IMG/VR virus record: IMGVR_UViG_3300027419_000027 | Location: 1-64,000 of that record | Direction: 5' to 3' (one strand) | Source: a virus | Taxonomy: Duplodnaviria; Caudoviricetes | Length of the DNA: 64,000 bases | Shown: positions 63,255 through 64,000 of the stretch, piece after piece | Layout of the letters: each line of letters opens with the position of its first letter | How positions within the stretch are numbered: position 1 is the first letter of the stretch | Translations under genes and position numbers: made by a program | The notes under the pieces: model-generated | Seen by the model: only the letters and a program-made list of their open reading frames with translations | What the model was told of the DNA's origin: nothing | The model's database searches: none

Positions 63255-64000
63255 GTCGGTTCCTCCTCGTAATTCATCCAGACGCACTCAGTCTTCCGCT
63301 GCTTTTCTTTGGCGCCGCTTGCGTTGTTCGGCAGATCGAATTCCACACATCGCCAGCCGTACCATTCGTACAATTCCGAACGATACCCTGACAACTGAAA
63401 TGTCCCCTTAATCTCACTCAATACCTTCAAAAGCCGCTTGTGCTGATCGCGGTCCATTTCGTACTGGTAAGCGTCAGTCGTTGAGCGCGTCTCATGCAGA
63501 TAAGGCGGATCGAGGTAGAAATGGGTGTTAGGTCCGTCCTGTTGCTGGATCACGTCCAAGGCGTCGGTGTTCAGGATCACAACCCGCTTGAGTCGCTCGT
63601 GGGCCTCTGGAAGCCCCTCAATTGCCGATAGCCATGACGAGACCTGCTCGTTCATCCCGCGGCGAGTGCGATTGCGGGAGAGGGTTGCAAAGTCCTTGCC
63701 GAGGCCCTGGCGGGACTGACGGTAGCGGATGAAGAATCGTGCAGCCTCTATCCCGACAGACGACGCCTGAATACCAGAGTCTTCCCATTCAACTTGCGAA
63801 AACGGAACAGCCTCTATGAACCGACAAAACTCCTGAAACCAATGGTCATGTTGCAACGCCGTCCAGAACGTCGTCAACTCACGATTGATGTCGTTGACAG
63901 CCTCACTGACGCCCTCTGGATTCTTGGCGAACAGTACCGCCCCGCCGCCGAAGTACGGCTCGACGTAGTGGACATGCTTCGGCATCAGAGCAATGATCCG
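63251..64000 (-). CDS. dam: N6-adenine DNA methyltransferase (Dam/D12 class), 5' end outside the window
   Basis: YVEPYFGGGAV (motif I), VNDIN, YLDPPY (motif IV); the frame is open to the window edge. Confidence 0.9.
   Translation of the reverse strand, partial: RIIALMPKHVHYVEPYFGGGAVLFAKNPEGVSEAVNDINRELTTFWTALQHDHWFQEFCRFIEAVPFSQVEWEDSGIQASSVGIEAARFFIRYRQSRQGLGKDFATLSRNRTRRGMNEQVSSWLSAIEGLPEAHERLKRVVILNTDALDVIQQQDGPNTHFYLDPPYLHETRSTTDAYQYEMDRDQHKRLLKVLSEIKGTFQLSGYRSELYEWYGWRCVEFDLPNNASGAKEKQRKTECVWMNYEEEPT

Noticed and set aside
1-64000. Genome-wide stop-codon reassignment
   Set aside because: Core genes are long and uninterrupted under code 11 and end in TAA, TAG or TGA; only one suspicious internal TGA (11526)

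Overview
The whole window reads as part of a tailed dsDNA phage genome. I found no host housekeeping gene, rRNA, tRNA, CRISPR array or classical integrase, so I cannot tell a free phage from a large prophage. A Planctomycetota host and a podovirus-like build are inferences, based on the Cys-rich tail proteins, the GPGTELK family, the IS1 remnant type, the giant ejection-type protein and the absence of a recognisable tail tube. Layout: (1) 1-8.9 kb, minus-strand early/accessory genes, including an array of small ORFs joined by shuffled repeated hairpin and RBS modules; (2) 9-15.7 kb, plus-strand accessory genes with a serine resolvase; (3) terminase, portal, scaffold, major capsid and head-completion genes (15.9-27 kb); (4) a cluster of four glycosyltransferases, three methyltransferase-like genes and a B12 radical SAM enzyme (27-33.2 kb) inside the structural operon; (5) tail and ejection genes, including a 3049-aa protein with an Acb1-like 2H phosphoesterase domain and an apparent nested gene; (6) a convergent minus-strand block of fibre, lectin, protease and possible lysis genes, small ORFs and a Dam-type methyltransferase cut by the window edge. 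The strongest candidate for a new system is mucin-type O-glycosylation of the virion: a glycosyltransferase with ppGalNAc-transferase (GT27) motifs, encoded next to structural proteins that end in Ser/Thr/Pro repeat tails. All family assignments come from motif recognition by eye, not from database searches.
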